DNA of 64,000 nt from Clostridium butyricum (GTDB lineage Bacteria > Bacillota > Clostridia > Clostridiales > Clostridiaceae): the NCBI GenBank assembly GCA_015058475.1, contig SVCF01000002.1, positions 13,102 through 77,101 on the forward strand, read 5' to 3'. Position 1 is the stretch's first letter. Every line of letters starts with the position of its first letter. A program made the translations under genes and the position numbers. This document shows positions 20,892-32,126 of the stretch, piece after piece. The notes beneath the pieces were generated by a model. That model was not told the DNA's origin, searched no databases, and was given only the letters and a program-made list of their open reading frames with translations.

Positions 20892-20994
20892 TTTTGTCAA
20901 TATGTGCCATATAATTTTTACCATAATAAAAAACTGCATCAACTTAAAATTTAAGATGATTGCAGTTTTTAAAACAAAAATTTATTTATTCTTT

Positions 20995-21489
20995 TTAAAC
21001 GAAAAATCCTATATATCCAAACAAGATACTAATTATAGCTCCACCTATTACATCCCTTGGATAATGAACTCCTGTAAGTATTCTACTAGCTCCAACCACT
21101 ATTGCTATAATTATCATGATAAATCCATATGTATGATTTAAATATAAGCATGCCATTGCAATTATAAATGCACTAGCTGTATGCCTACTTGGAAAAGATC
21201 TACCTTTTCCTTTTTCATAACTTGCTAATGGTTCATAATCATATACATCATATGGTCTAGGTACATTAAGTATTTTTCTAAACATAGAAACAAAAATTAA
21301 ATTTAATGCTGGTATAAGCAAAAATAATATTAATCTCCTATCATTTTTTAAGTATAAAAACATACTTGTACATATATAAATAATTACAACAAGCTTAGGA
21401 GAGTACTTACATAATATCTCTATACTTTTTTTTCTGAACTTACTTTTTCTAAAAAAATTAGTTATTATTTTATATTGATTTTCTGTCAT
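20995..21489 (-). CDS. PAP2-family membrane phosphatase
   Basis: K...PRPY, SFPSRH, SRILTGVHYPRDV motifs. Confidence 0.92.
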   Translation of the reverse strand: MTENQYKIITNFFRKSKFRKKSIEILCKYSPKLVVIIYICTSMFLYLKNDRRLILFLLIPALNLIFVSMFRKILNVPRPYDVYDYEPLASYEKGKGRSFPSRHTASAFIIAMACLYLNHTYGFIMIIIAIVVGASRILTGVHYPRDVIGGAIISILFGYIGFFV

Positions 21490-21588
21490 TTTTAAAATTC
21501 CTTTACTAATAAACTAATTTATAATTATATCATAAAAAGGTGGCTATGCCACCTTTAAAATACTCTATTCGAATTTATCAATAGATTT

Positions 21589-23778
21589 TTATTCTCCTAA
21601 ATGACTTTCTTCAAACTTTTCAGTAAACTTGTTAATTATTTTGTTTAGTGGCTTTTTTAAAAATATGCCTATTAATACTGAACCAATTATAACAAATGAG
21701 ATTATAATGAGATCTTTTATAAATACTTCTCTTGCAATTCCTCCAATACTTTCTCTCATTAAAGAAATTGTATATGTAAATGGCAAAAATGGATGTATAC
21801 TTTGAAAAAACTTTGGTGTAAGTTCAATCGGGAATGTTCCTCCAGAGCCTCCTATCTGAAATACTAATAAAATTATACAAATTACTTTTCCAGCATTTCC
21901 AAACACTGAACATGCTGTATAAACAATAAATGCAAAAGTTATACTTGTTAATATTGAAGATATAATAAATAAGAATGGATTTAAACAATATATTTTTAAT
22001 ATATATAAATCTCCTAGCGAAACTATAATCCCTTGAATTATACATATGCTTACAAACAATAATAACTTTCCAAAGTAACTTTCTTTTACTGTATATACAT
22101 TATTTAAATTTTCATTTGAATTCTTAGATTCTTTAAGTTCAGCAACATGTGGATTAACTGACAATAAAGAAACCAAAAATAATATTCCAGTCCAAAGAGA
22201 TAACGTGGTATAAAACGGTGCCATAGCTGTTCCATAATTACCCATAGGAAATAATTTTTCTTCCACTAAATTAACAGGATTAGCTAAAAACTCACTTCTT
22301 GCTTCTACATCGCTTTTCAATAAATTTAGAAGGTCATTTATGCCTTCATCATTATTAGCTTTTTCCATTTTATCAACCAATTCATTTAGCATTTCTTCTG
22401 CTCTTGGTAAATTCTTATCAATAGTTTCTATTGCAGAAATAGCTTTTTCTGATCCTTCATTGGCTGTATTTAAGAGATTACTTATTTGCGGAAGTTTATT
22501 TTCTGCTTCATTTAATACGCTTATAATATTATCTGTGGTACTATAAGTTGAATCAAATATTTCATTTATCTTAGTTAAAATATCACTATCATATTTAAAA
22601 TATATATCTGATAATAAAGAATTCATATTATCAGAAAAATTCTTTATATTATTTAATAATGTTAAATCTGGTTTATTTCGTGAAACTATATTATCTTTAA
22701 CAGTTTGAAGTTCCTTTTGAAAATTATTTATTGTAGTATTAATATTTTCCAGACTAATTATTACATCGTTTAATTTAGGATTTATTTTATTTAATGCTTC
22801 TAAAATCTTTAAGATAGATTTTATTAAATTATCTAAATTATTAGTTTTAGTTATAATATTATCTATCATCTCTGGCGTTTTATCACTTCCATTATTTATT
22901 GCTTCAATACTCAAATTTGTATAATTAGAAATATCTTCACTTATATCATTTGCTATTCTTATACTTTCTTTTATTGTTGGTGATAATTCATTCAAACTAC
23001 TTTTTGATGTGGATACAAAATCCTTAACATCATTACCAAGACTTTCACTATTGTTTATAGTTTCTTGTAATAATGGTATATCGCTTTGAAACTTTTCTGA
23101 TAAATCATTAACATCATTTGCTCCATTATACGCTAAATCCACCATATCATTTATATCTGAGAAACTCCTCTGTACATCTTTTAAAATATTATATACATTT
23201 GTTATTTTAGGCTTAACATTTTCAATTTCTATTGAAGCATTTTTAGTTGCTGTGAGTAATGCATTAGAAACAGTTTCAACTAAACTTTTACTTATATTTT
23301 CTTGAACTCCAGTTGCACCTTTATCAGTTAGCTTTGGAGCTATTGCATTGATTTTTTCATTAACAGTATAAATAATAGTTCCTTTTTTTACATCACTGGT
23401 TATTAATGATGTCATATCACTTGAAAATTCTTGTGGTATGACTATAGTTGCATACAGATTACCATTTCTTAATTTTTCATCTGCTTCTTCCTCGGTTATA
23501 AAATTCCATCCTAATAAATCATTTTTTTTAAGTCCATCTATTATTGTATTTCCTAAATTTATAGTTGTTCCATTAAGTTTAGTTCCAGAATCATTGTTTA
23601 CAACTCCAATTTGAATTTGACTGGTTGCTTCCTTTGAATATGGATCCCATGAAGCTGCTATATTAAACCAAGCATACATTGAAGGAAGTATACATAGTGC
23701 TATTATTGTAATAAGTGCTGCATAGTTATTTAAAATAGCCTTAACATCATTTTTATAAATTTCAATTATATTTCTCAT
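21589..23778 (-). CDS. YhgE/Pip-domain membrane protein
   Basis: LPSMYAWFNIAASWDPY, VNEKINAIAPK, NYGTAMAPFYTTLSLW, GGSGGTFPIE. Confidence 0.92.
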   Translation of the reverse strand: MRNIIEIYKNDVKAILNNYAALITIIALCILPSMYAWFNIAASWDPYSKEATSQIQIGVVNNDSGTKLNGTTINLGNTIIDGLKKNDLLGWNFITEEEADEKLRNGNLYATIVIPQEFSSDMTSLITSDVKKGTIIYTVNEKINAIAPKLTDKGATGVQENISKSLVETVSNALLTATKNASIEIENVKPKITNVYNILKDVQRSFSDINDMVDLAYNGANDVNDLSEKFQSDIPLLQETINNSESLGNDVKDFVSTSKSSLNELSPTIKESIRIANDISEDISNYTNLSIEAINNGSDKTPEMIDNIITKTNNLDNLIKSILKILEALNKINPKLNDVIISLENINTTINNFQKELQTVKDNIVSRNKPDLTLLNNIKNFSDNMNSLLSDIYFKYDSDILTKINEIFDSTYSTTDNIISVLNEAENKLPQISNLLNTANEGSEKAISAIETIDKNLPRAEEMLNELVDKMEKANNDEGINDLLNLLKSDVEARSEFLANPVNLVEEKLFPMGNYGTAMAPFYTTLSLWTGILFLVSLLSVNPHVAELKESKNSNENLNNVYTVKESYFGKLLLFVSICIIQGIIVSLGDLYILKIYCLNPFLFIISSILTSITFAFIVYTACSVFGNAGKVICIILLVFQIGGSGGTFPIELTPKFFQSIHPFLPFTYTISLMRESIGGIAREVFIKDLIIISFVIIGSVLIGIFLKKPLNKIINKFTEKFEESHLGE

Positions 23779-24056
23779 CCTTCTTCCTCCTACAAATAAA
23801 TTAATTAATTTCTTTCTTTACTTATCTTTCCTTAATTTCATTTGCAATATTCTTTATAATATTTTAGTGATTTTTTATTTTTTATCTTATTTTATTTAAA
23901 ATTTAATTATTTAATCATATTTTTTTTATTAATTATGATATAATTTAGTAGTAAAGATTATAAGTATTCAATTTAAAACTATTTAATATATTATTTTTTA
24001 ATATACATTAGTGATTAATATTATTTAAATATAATAAAGACTTTGGAGGGATTATT

Positions 24057-24545
24057 ATAAACAGCTATTCAATTAAACATGTTTCGCTTAATGATTTTGA
24101 AAGTTGTGCAAAAGTTATAAGACAAGGCTTTGCTTCTATTGCACGAAAATTTGATTTAACTATAAAAAATTGTCCTAGTAATGCTGCGTTTGTTACTACT
24201 GATGCATTAATAAAAAATAAAGATAAAGGAAATTTAATGTTTGCACTTTATGACAATCGTAAAATGGTTGGATTTATTGAATTAGAAAAGAAAAATGAAA
24301 TCAACTATGAGCTTGGGAAACTTACTGTTCTTTTTGAATCTAGGCATTTAGGTTATGGAAAAGCTTTATTAAACTTTGCTAAGAATAAAGCTAAAGAACT
24401 TGGTGGTGAGAAGCTTTTAGTTAGAGTAATTGAAAATAATGATATTTTAAAAGATTGGTATAAATCTAATGGATTTATACAAACTGATACAAACAAATTT
24501 GAAGATCATCATTTTTCTGTTGAATTCATGGAAAGTAACTTATAA
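24057..24545 (+). CDS. GNAT-family N-acetyltransferase (ATA at the expected start position)
   Basis: Frame is open 60 codons upstream of the track ATG, back to ATA at 24057 behind GGAGG; SRHLGYGKALL acetyl-CoA motif, WYKSNGF. Confidence 0.75.
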   Translation: MNSYSIKHVSLNDFESCAKVIRQGFASIARKFDLTIKNCPSNAAFVTTDALIKNKDKGNLMFALYDNRKMVGFIELEKKNEINYELGKLTVLFESRHLGYGKALLNFAKNKAKELGGEKLLVRVIENNDILKDWYKSNGFIQTDTNKFEDHHFSVEFMESNL

Positions 24546-24705
24546 ATTACATATTATTTAATATTCCAAAGACATTCTTTAAAATTATAAAAATAGCCTA
24601 CTATGATAAAACAAAATATCATAGTAGGCTATTTTATGTAAATAAAAAGCTATAGACTAACAATCCTACATAAATCACAGGTTGGTGTAATAAATAAATT
24701 ACCAT

Positions 24706-25029
24706 TTAATATTTAATTAATCTTAATAAAGCCACACTTATAATTCCAACTAAAACAGTTAAAAGCAGATCTCTCTTTTTAACACCTATAATAATTGTAG
24801 GTATCAGTGCTAAAATCTCAAATTCATTTCCTTTAATTGAAAACTTATTGTCTATAACAAAAATTTCTACTGCTATTAATGCTGATAAGATTGATATAGG
24901 AATGTATTTTAAGAAATCTTCTAATTTAGGATGTAATTTCATTTTTGACATTACTGTTATAGGAAGTATTCTTGGAAGTAACGTTACAATACATCCTCCA
25001 AGTATTACACTCCATACATATACATTCAT
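24706..25029 (-). CDS. azlD: AzlD-family branched-chain amino-acid exporter subunit
   Basis: VTLLPRILP...FLKYIPISILSALI; adjacent to azlC. Confidence 0.88.
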   Translation of the reverse strand: MNVYVWSVILGGCIVTLLPRILPITVMSKMKLHPKLEDFLKYIPISILSALIAVEIFVIDNKFSIKGNEFEILALIPTIIIGVKKRDLLLTVLVGIISVALLRLIKY

Positions 25030-25047
25030 ATTATTTCTCCTCTATTT

Positions 25048-25767
25048 CTAATCCTTAATAAATATTCCAACTAAGGCACCAAATATTGCTGCTATTATTA
25101 CGCCTAAACTTGTAGATACAAATTTAGTTGACAATATCAATATAATTACAGATGTAAGAATTATTATGATAGATTTTTTTAATTTTATGTTTTCTATTGA
25201 TGAAATTAATAGACCTACAAACATAGCTGTAAGTGCAAAATCTAAGCCAAATTGTTTATAATCTGGTATTAAGTTTCCTATAAGTACACCTATGCCTGTT
25301 GCTATAATCCAATTTAAATATGCTGCAATATTTAGTCCCATCATCCACCAATAATCAATTTTCTTATTCTTTATTCCCTCTGTACTTGCAACTAAAAATG
25401 TTTCATCTGTTAATAGTGTTCCTATTAATAAGTTTTTAATTAAAGAATTCTTTTTAAAATATGGCGCCATAGATGCACTCATAAATATATGCCTTAGATT
25501 AACAAAAAATATTGTACATATTATACTTATTGCAGGAAGACCAGAAAACATCATACCTGCTGAAATAAATTGTGCTGAACCTGCATAAATAAAAATACTC
25601 ATCCCTACTGCTTGTGAAAATGTAATATTACATGACTTGCATAGTATGCCACATGCTATTCCTATGCTTAAATATCCAAATATAGTTGGGATGCAATCTT
25701 TTATCCCTTTTACAAATAACTCCTTTTCATTCATTTGGCATTTGAAGCCCTGACTCTCTAGTTCCAA
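25048..25767 (-). CDS. azlC: AzlC-family permease
   Basis: MSIFIYAGSAQF, VNLRHIFMS, LTDETF, GLDFALTAMF; probable TTG start at 25767 after AAGGGGG. Confidence 0.9.
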   Translation of the reverse strand: MELESQGFKCQMNEKELFVKGIKDCIPTIFGYLSIGIACGILCKSCNITFSQAVGMSIFIYAGSAQFISAGMMFSGLPAISIICTIFFVNLRHIFMSASMAPYFKKNSLIKNLLIGTLLTDETFLVASTEGIKNKKIDYWWMMGLNIAAYLNWIIATGIGVLIGNLIPDYKQFGLDFALTAMFVGLLISSIENIKLKKSIIIILTSVIILILSTKFVSTSLGVIIAAIFGALVGIFIKD

Positions 25768-25803
25768 ATCAGCTTCCCCCTTAAAATTCATTATTTACTA
25801 GTT

Positions 25804-26388
25804 TTAAATATTTTTCATTTCATTATTAACATTTTCTTCACAAGAGCGCATTGCCATTATTGTCATTTCTAATAATTTATCTAACTCCCATCCAAGTAGT
25901 TCCGCACCTTTTCTTATTACATCTCTTGAACATCCAGCCGCAAACTTTTTATCCTTAAATTTCTTCTTCAAACTTGAAAGCTCCATATCCATTACACTTT
26001 TTGATGGACGCATACGTGTTGCTGCACCAATAAGACCTGTTAATTCATCTACTGCAAAAAGAACTTTTTCCATTTCATGTTCTGGCATAATATCAACAGT
26101 AATCCCATATCCATGACTGCATACTGCATGAATTAACTCATCACCTGCATCTGCTCTTTTCAACAATTCTGGCGCCTTTATACAATGTTCTTCTGGATAC
26201 ATTTCATAATCAATATCATGTAGTAAACCAACAAGTCCCCAAAATTCTTTATCTTCTGAATAACCTAATTCATCTGCATACCACTTCATAGTGCCTTCTA
26301 CAGTTAATCCATGTAAAATGTGAAATTCTTCTTTATTGTATTCCTTTAATAATTTGATTCCATCTTCTCTTTTTAGTTCTGTTTTCAT
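25804..26388 (-). CDS. HD-superfamily (HDIG-like) hydrolase
   Basis: WGLVGLLHDIDYE, LFAVDELTGLI, KKKFKDKKFAAG; start moved to ATG 26388 after GGGGG. Confidence 0.88.
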   Translation of the reverse strand: MKTELKREDGIKLLKEYNKEEFHILHGLTVEGTMKWYADELGYSEDKEFWGLVGLLHDIDYEMYPEEHCIKAPELLKRADAGDELIHAVCSHGYGITVDIMPEHEMEKVLFAVDELTGLIGAATRMRPSKSVMDMELSSLKKKFKDKKFAAGCSRDVIRKGAELLGWELDKLLEMTIMAMRSCEENVNNEMKNI

Positions 26389-26455
26389 AATAAATAGCCC
26401 CCAATTCATATTTATTGTTACTTTATTTAATATAACAATTTTATTACTTATATAC

Positions 26456-26489
26456 ATTGCATGCAATTATAATATTGTTTTGCATACAA
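26456..26489. promoter_or_regulatory. Two related palindromes (GntR/FadR-like operators) upstream of the HD-azlCD operon
   Basis: attgcatgcaat (26456-26467) and ttgcatacaa (26480-26489). Confidence 0.4.
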
Positions 26490-26712
26490 TTTTCTTTATA
26501 TAGAATTCTATTTCTACTATTCTCTTTTTTATACTGTTAAATGTCAACATATAAAAATAAGCTTATACACCAAAGGGATTTTTATATATTAATTTTATAA
26601 AAATCAAAAGTTGAATTTATCAATATCATGTAAAATATCAATTTCAGAAAAAACAATATTAGTTGATGTTGTTTCATTAAGAGATGAAACACAGTCAACA
26701 AATATTAATACA

Positions 26713-26990
26713 CTATTAAATAATAATGTAAAAATGCCTCTTATTGGAATTGTGACTTATAAGATCGAAGAATATAGTGAATTAAAAAAACAATTAATAA
26801 TGCACTTGAAATTGGATATATGCACATTGATACAGCATCTTATTATAATAATGAATATGAAATAGGAAAAATTATAAAGGAAAAAATATAGCAAGAGATG
26901 AAATATTTATAACAAGCAAGCTATGGAATACTGATCATGGGTATGAACGCGCACTTAAGGCGTTTAATAAATCATAAAAAAACTTAATAC
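26713..26990 (+). pseudogene. Aldo/keto reductase remnant (N-terminal part)
   Basis: Across frameshifts: LLNNNVKMPLIGIVTYKI / INNALEIGYMHIDTASYYNNEYEIG / IARDEIFITSKLWNTDHGYERALKAFNKS*. Confidence 0.85.
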
Positions 26991-27225
26991 ACCTAGTATA
27001 TTTGATTAATATTTTATTAAATCATATTATATCACCAATTTTTTGGAATAAATCTTTAAAATTCTTCTTAACAAAATAGGTGAATTTTTTCAAAAATATA
27101 ATAAGTAAACTCTAACATTTTAATAATCTCATTATTATGCTTTTGTTTTATAATTTTATTTTAATAGATATTATTAAATATTGTTAGAGTTTTTTATTTA
27201 ATTTTAATTAGCAAAACACGTTATG

Positions 27226-28662
27226 TCATTCAAAAATATGTGGTTTGACTTCCTTAGGAATTAAGCATTCATATTTTTGACCATCTAATTTTTCATTAAA
27301 TTCAGCTTTTGCTTTTTCTATAAGCTCAGGATTTTCTATTAATTTTATTGCACCTAGGGCAAGTACATTAGACGCAAGTAATGTTCCCTTTAATGCAGTC
27401 TGAGATTTACCTTGAGCAACATACTGCCATGAATGTCCATCTACGCCATATGCAAAACAAGCTGTTCTTATTTGTGCTGTTGGAACAACCCAGCTTACAT
27501 CACCAACATCTGTAGAACCTGATGATGCCGATACTTCATCTTTGTGAATATGTTCAACTATGTAATCACAAATAGGATTTTCTTTCATATGCTTTTTAAA
27601 TTCTAACTTATTTTTTATTTCTTCTGAAATAAATATATCATCTAATTTTTCTTTAGAAACTGTATCTTTAAACTTTTGAGCATAATCCAATTCTTCTTTT
27701 GTATATTTAGGTGCTCCTATTTCTAAGAAACTTTCATATAATACATCTTCAAGTACACAGTTAGCAATTGTATCTGAACATCCTTCATCAAATAATATTT
27801 CAACTTCTGTTTCAGTCATCATAGCAGCACCTTTAGCTATCTTGCATACTCTTTCATATAACTTTTTAGCCTTTGGTGCACTTGAAGATCTAACCATATA
27901 TGCCACTTCTGCTTCTCTTTGAACAACATTTGGAGATATACCCCCAGTATTAGTTATTGCATAATGCACTCTTTCCTGTGGTTCAATATGTTCTCTTAGA
28001 TAATTCACACCAATATTCATAAGTTCCACAGCATCTAATGCACTTCTTCCAAGATGTGGTGCTGATGCTGCATGTGATGATATTCCATGAAATCTAAAGA
28101 AAACCTGCATACATGCAAGACTTGACCCAGTTGTAACTATGTTTAATGTGTCAGGGTGCCAACAAAGTGCAATATCACAATCATCAAAGAAACCATCTCG
28201 TGCTAAATAAGCTTTACCTGATCCACTTTCTTCTGCTGGGCATCCAACTATCTTTACTGTACCTTGAACATTATTTTCTTTTAGATAATCTCTTACTAAT
28301 AAGGCAGCTCCAACAGAACCTGTCCCAAGTAATTGATGTCCACATCCATGCCCTGTTTCTTTCCCTTCAATAGGCTTGTATTCTGCTATATCACATTCCT
28401 GGCTTAATCCTGATAAAGAATCATATTCAGCTAAAATACATATTACAGGACTTCCACTTCCATATATGCCCACAAATGCAGTATCCATATCTGCAATGTT
28501 TTCTTCTACTTCAAAGCCTTCACTTCTTAGATATGAAACCATAGCTTTACATGATTTATTTTCTCTAAACGCAAGCTCTGAATAATCCCATATATTATAT
28601 ATTAAATTTTTCAATCCATCTTTATATTTTTCTATTGGATTGTTTTTCATAAATTTATGCAT
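27226..28662 (-). CDS. abgB: M20 amidohydrolase, p-aminobenzoyl-glutamate hydrolase subunit B-like
   Basis: LAEYDSL, GHGCGH, GCPAEESGSGK, GRSALDAVELMNIGVNYLREH, GSTDVGDVSW. Confidence 0.8.
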   Translation of the reverse strand: MHKFMKNNPIEKYKDGLKNLIYNIWDYSELAFRENKSCKAMVSYLRSEGFEVEENIADMDTAFVGIYGSGSPVICILAEYDSLSGLSQECDIAEYKPIEGKETGHGCGHQLLGTGSVGAALLVRDYLKENNVQGTVKIVGCPAEESGSGKAYLARDGFFDDCDIALCWHPDTLNIVTTGSSLACMQVFFRFHGISSHAASAPHLGRSALDAVELMNIGVNYLREHIEPQERVHYAITNTGGISPNVVQREAEVAYMVRSSSAPKAKKLYERVCKIAKGAAMMTETEVEILFDEGCSDTIANCVLEDVLYESFLEIGAPKYTKEELDYAQKFKDTVSKEKLDDIFISEEIKNKLEFKKHMKENPICDYIVEHIHKDEVSASSGSTDVGDVSWVVPTAQIRTACFAYGVDGHSWQYVAQGKSQTALKGTLLASNVLALGAIKLIENPELIEKAKAEFNEKLDGQKYECLIPKEVKPHIFE

Positions 28663-28888
28663 AAAATCTCTCCTTTTTTATTCTATATAAATTAAGTTTG
28701 TTACTTTAGTAATGTTTGCTTAATTTCTTAAATTTTTTTATAATTATATATCATTTTCAATGTCAATTACAATTATATTATCTCAATAATTTAATATAAT
28801 ACTAAAAAGATAATGATATAATATAGATATTAAATTCAATATTTAATTCCAATTTAATTTATTAATATACCTTAAGGAGATTATAAAT

Positions 28889-29695
28889 ATGAGATTAAAA
28901 GTTTTAGTTGATAATAACACATATATAGATAAATATTATTTTGGAGAGCCAGCTGTTTCTTATTACATTGAGGATGAAGAAGTTAAGCTTCTATTAGATG
29001 TGGGATATTCAGATATATTCTTAAAGAATGCAGTTAAAATGAATATAAATTTGTCTGAAATAAATTCAATAATAATATCTCATGGTCATGATGATCATAC
29101 CTTAGGATTAAAACATTATTTTAACCAAAATTATAATAATGAAATTTCAATTATAGCTCATCCTGATGCATTTTATTGTAAAATGTATGATGATTTAAAA
29201 ATATGTTCACCATATTCAAAAGATGATCTTTCAGAAAAATGTAATCTTATCCTTTCAAAAACTCCAATCAAAGTAAGCAAAAATATTACTTTTTTAGGCG
29301 AGATACCTTCTTCAAACACTTTTGAAAATAGACAGATAATTGGCAAAACTTTAATAAATGATAAATTTGTTGATGATTATGTTATTGATGATTCTGCACT
29401 TGCATATAAAACTGATAAAGGAATATATATAATTACAGGCTGCTCACATAGTGGAATCTGTAATATATGTGAATATGCTAAAAACATATGTAAGGATGAT
29501 AGAATTCTTGGAATTATAGGTGGTTTTCATTTATTTGATTTATCTGAACAAACTTATAAAACTATTGACTATTTTAAAGATAATAATATAAAAGAACTTT
29601 ACCCTTGTCATTGTACTTCATTTAATGTATGTGCTGAAATTCATAAACATATTCCTATAAAAGAAGTTGGTGTAGGTCTAGAACTTAACTGGTAG
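28889..29695 (+). CDS. MBL-fold metallo-hydrolase (COG1237-like)
   Basis: ISHGHDDHTLG, ITGCSHSG, IGGFHL, PCHCT. Confidence 0.9.
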   Translation: MRLKVLVDNNTYIDKYYFGEPAVSYYIEDEEVKLLLDVGYSDIFLKNAVKMNINLSEINSIIISHGHDDHTLGLKHYFNQNYNNEISIIAHPDAFYCKMYDDLKICSPYSKDDLSEKCNLILSKTPIKVSKNITFLGEIPSSNTFENRQIIGKTLINDKFVDDYVIDDSALAYKTDKGIYIITGCSHSGICNICEYAKNICKDDRILGIIGGFHLFDLSEQTYKTIDYFKDNNIKELYPCHCTSFNVCAEIHKHIPIKEVGVGLELNW

Positions 29696-29854
29696 TGTAT
29701 TTTATCTATATTTATAAATCTTAAAGTATTATATATACCTTAAACAATCAAAAATGCAATAAGACAAATTAATATCTGCCTCATTGCATTTTATCTTTAA
29801 TATATTCTATACTGCTTCTTTTTATAATATTTTTCAATATATTAATAAATTATA

Positions 29855-30619
29855 TTATACTGTTTCTATTTCCTTATGATTAATACTTCCCTGATTAGAT
29901 ACACTATTAATCTTCTTTTCAATTTCTTCTTGATTACCTAAATAATATTTATCTAATACATTAAAATTGTCATCAAATTCATATACTAGTGGAACTCCAG
30001 TTGGTATATTTATATTTAAAATTTCATCTTCAGAAAGATTTTCAAAATATTTTACTAATGCTCTTATAGAATTCCCGTGTGCTGCAATCAACACTCTCTT
30101 TCCAGCCAGCATGTCCTTCTTTATTACATTATTAAAATAAGGAACAACCCTCTTAATTGTATCTTCTAAACTTTCACCAAGAGGTAATTCATCTTTATCA
30201 ATACCTCTATATTGCTCTTGATTCTTTGGATTTTGGATGCTTGTCTCATCTAAGACTGGTGGTCTTACAGCAAATGCTCTTCTCCATATTTTAACTTGTT
30301 CTTCTCCATATTTTTCTGCTGTCTCCGCTTTATTTAATCCTTGTAATGCTCCATAGTGTCTTTCATTTAGTTTATATGTCTTAATTACTGGAAGCCATTC
30401 TCTATCCATTTGTTCTAACGCTAAATTTAAAGTATGAATTGCCCTTTTTAAATAAGATGTATAGCAAATATCAAAATCTACTCCCTTATCTTTCAAATTC
30501 TTTCCTGCTGATTTAGCTTCTTCTATACCTTTAGGAGATAGATCAACATCACTCCATCCAGTAAATAGATTTAGCTTGTTCCACTTACTTTCTCCATGCC
30601 TAATAACTACTAATTTCAT
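29855..30619 (-). CDS. gpmA: 2,3-bisphosphoglycerate-dependent phosphoglycerate mutase
   Basis: [44 protein letters not shown]. Confidence 0.97.
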   Translation of the reverse strand: MKLVVIRHGESKWNKLNLFTGWSDVDLSPKGIEEAKSAGKNLKDKGVDFDICYTSYLKRAIHTLNLALEQMDREWLPVIKTYKLNERHYGALQGLNKAETAEKYGEEQVKIWRRAFAVRPPVLDETSIQNPKNQEQYRGIDKDELPLGESLEDTIKRVVPYFNNVIKKDMLAGKRVLIAAHGNSIRALVKYFENLSEDEILNINIPTGVPLVYEFDDNFNVLDKYYLGNQEEIEKKINSVSNQGSINHKEIETV

Positions 30620-30734
30620 ATTAATTCCTTCTTCCTAGTTATTTAATGTTTAACTAAACATATTCGATTCACGACCATATTCATTATTTTTGTTTTTCAC
30701 TACACTTTATAAAATTTGTACTTGTATAATTCTA

Positions 30735-31511
30735 CTACCCTAATGCTACATCAAGTATCATCATAATGACAAAACCTACTGCAAAGCCTATAGTTCCAAT
30801 ATTAGAATGCTCTCCTTCTGCAGTTTCTGGAATTAATTCTTCAACAACTACATATATCATAGCTCCAGCTGCAAAAGAAAGCAGATATGGTAGTATTGGT
30901 ATAATAAACTTTGAAAGCATTATTGTAATAACAGCTCCTATAGGTTCTACTATTCCTGACAGTACCCCATACGCAAAAGCTTTATTTTTGCTCATTCCTT
31001 CACTTCTAAGTGGAAGTGAAATAATTGCCCCTTCTGGGAAATTCTGAATTGCAATACCGATTGCAAGTACAAAAGCACCAGAAATTGTTATTAAACTATT
31101 TCCTGACATTACGCCTGCAAATACAACTCCAACTGCCATACCTTCTGGTATATTATGCAGTATAACTGCAAAAACAAGCATTGTACTTTTTTTAAGTGAA
31201 CTTTTAGGTCCTTCTGGTTTATCTGCATTTAAATGAAAATGGGGTATTACCTTATCTAAAATCAGAAGAAATCCTATCCCTATTAAAAATCCAATTGCTG
31301 CTGGTATAAAAGATAATTTCCCCATATTTTCACTCATATCTATTGATGGAATTAAAAGCGACCATACAGATGCCGCAACCATTACACCAGAAGCAAAACC
31401 AAGCAAAATTTTATTTACCAATATATTAAGTTTATTTTTCATAAAGTACACACATGCTGCTCCAAGTATAGTACCTATAAGCGGAATTAAAATTCCAATC
31501 ATAATCTTCAT
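30735..31511 (-). CDS. ZIP (ZupT/GufA) family divalent metal transporter
   Basis: GFASGVMVAAS, LHNIPEGMAVG, IQNFPEG, VEELIPE. Confidence 0.93.
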   Translation of the reverse strand: MKIMIGILIPLIGTILGAACVYFMKNKLNILVNKILLGFASGVMVAASVWSLLIPSIDMSENMGKLSFIPAAIGFLIGIGFLLILDKVIPHFHLNADKPEGPKSSLKKSTMLVFAVILHNIPEGMAVGVVFAGVMSGNSLITISGAFVLAIGIAIQNFPEGAIISLPLRSEGMSKNKAFAYGVLSGIVEPIGAVITIMLSKFIIPILPYLLSFAAGAMIYVVVEELIPETAEGEHSNIGTIGFAVGFVIMMILDVALG

Positions 31512-31750
31512 ATAGACCCCCTATATATTCATAATTCATCTTTTTATTATAATTTTTCATTCTTCTTAATCACATATATTATAATATATTACTTAAATAT
31601 TCCTCTAAAAATCATCATTATAAAAAATATTTATAAAATTAATATTCTACTTATTATTTTTCTTTTTATTACTTCACTTATAATTACACCTTCACACAAT
31701 ATATGTAACTATTTGATTTTTTATCATCTATTGATATAATAATACTCTTA

Positions 31751-31767
31751 TTGATAATTATTGTCAA
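31751..31767. promoter_or_regulatory. Fur-family box overlapping the -35 of a minus-strand promoter upstream of the ZIP gene
   Basis: ttgataattattgtcaa palindrome; minus strand TTGACA-17-TATTAT. Confidence 0.65.
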
Positions 31768-32126
31768 CGAATTATTATTTTTAATATTAACTAAGTATAT
31801 AATCTAAAACAAAAAGGATAATATAAAAGCTCAATTTCAAAGTATCATTATATATCTTTTGCTTCATTAATTTCTCATAAAAAACACAGCTAAATATCCT
31901 GCTTTTTAATAGTCATTTTAGTAATATCACTATTTATATTTTCTTTCATTTTTAATGCAATTTATTTTCTTAATATTAATCACTTAATTCTGATGTTGTT
32001 CTAAATCAACTTCTAACCTATATAAAAAATCACCATAACTCATGTAATAATACATCAGTTATGGCTTATTAATCTGCTATATTCAATAATATTTAAATTT
32101 AATAACAAATATACTTCTAAAGTACA

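Noticed and set aside
21589..23778. Type VII secretion locus (EsaA-like)
   Set aside because: Lone YhgE/Pip gene; no EssC, WXG100 or other T7SS genes nearby
31520..31960. Degenerate ORF remnants between ZIP and the Cys-rich gene
   Set aside because: An RBS-like GAAGGTG and short open stretches exist, but there are too many stops and no identifiable motif
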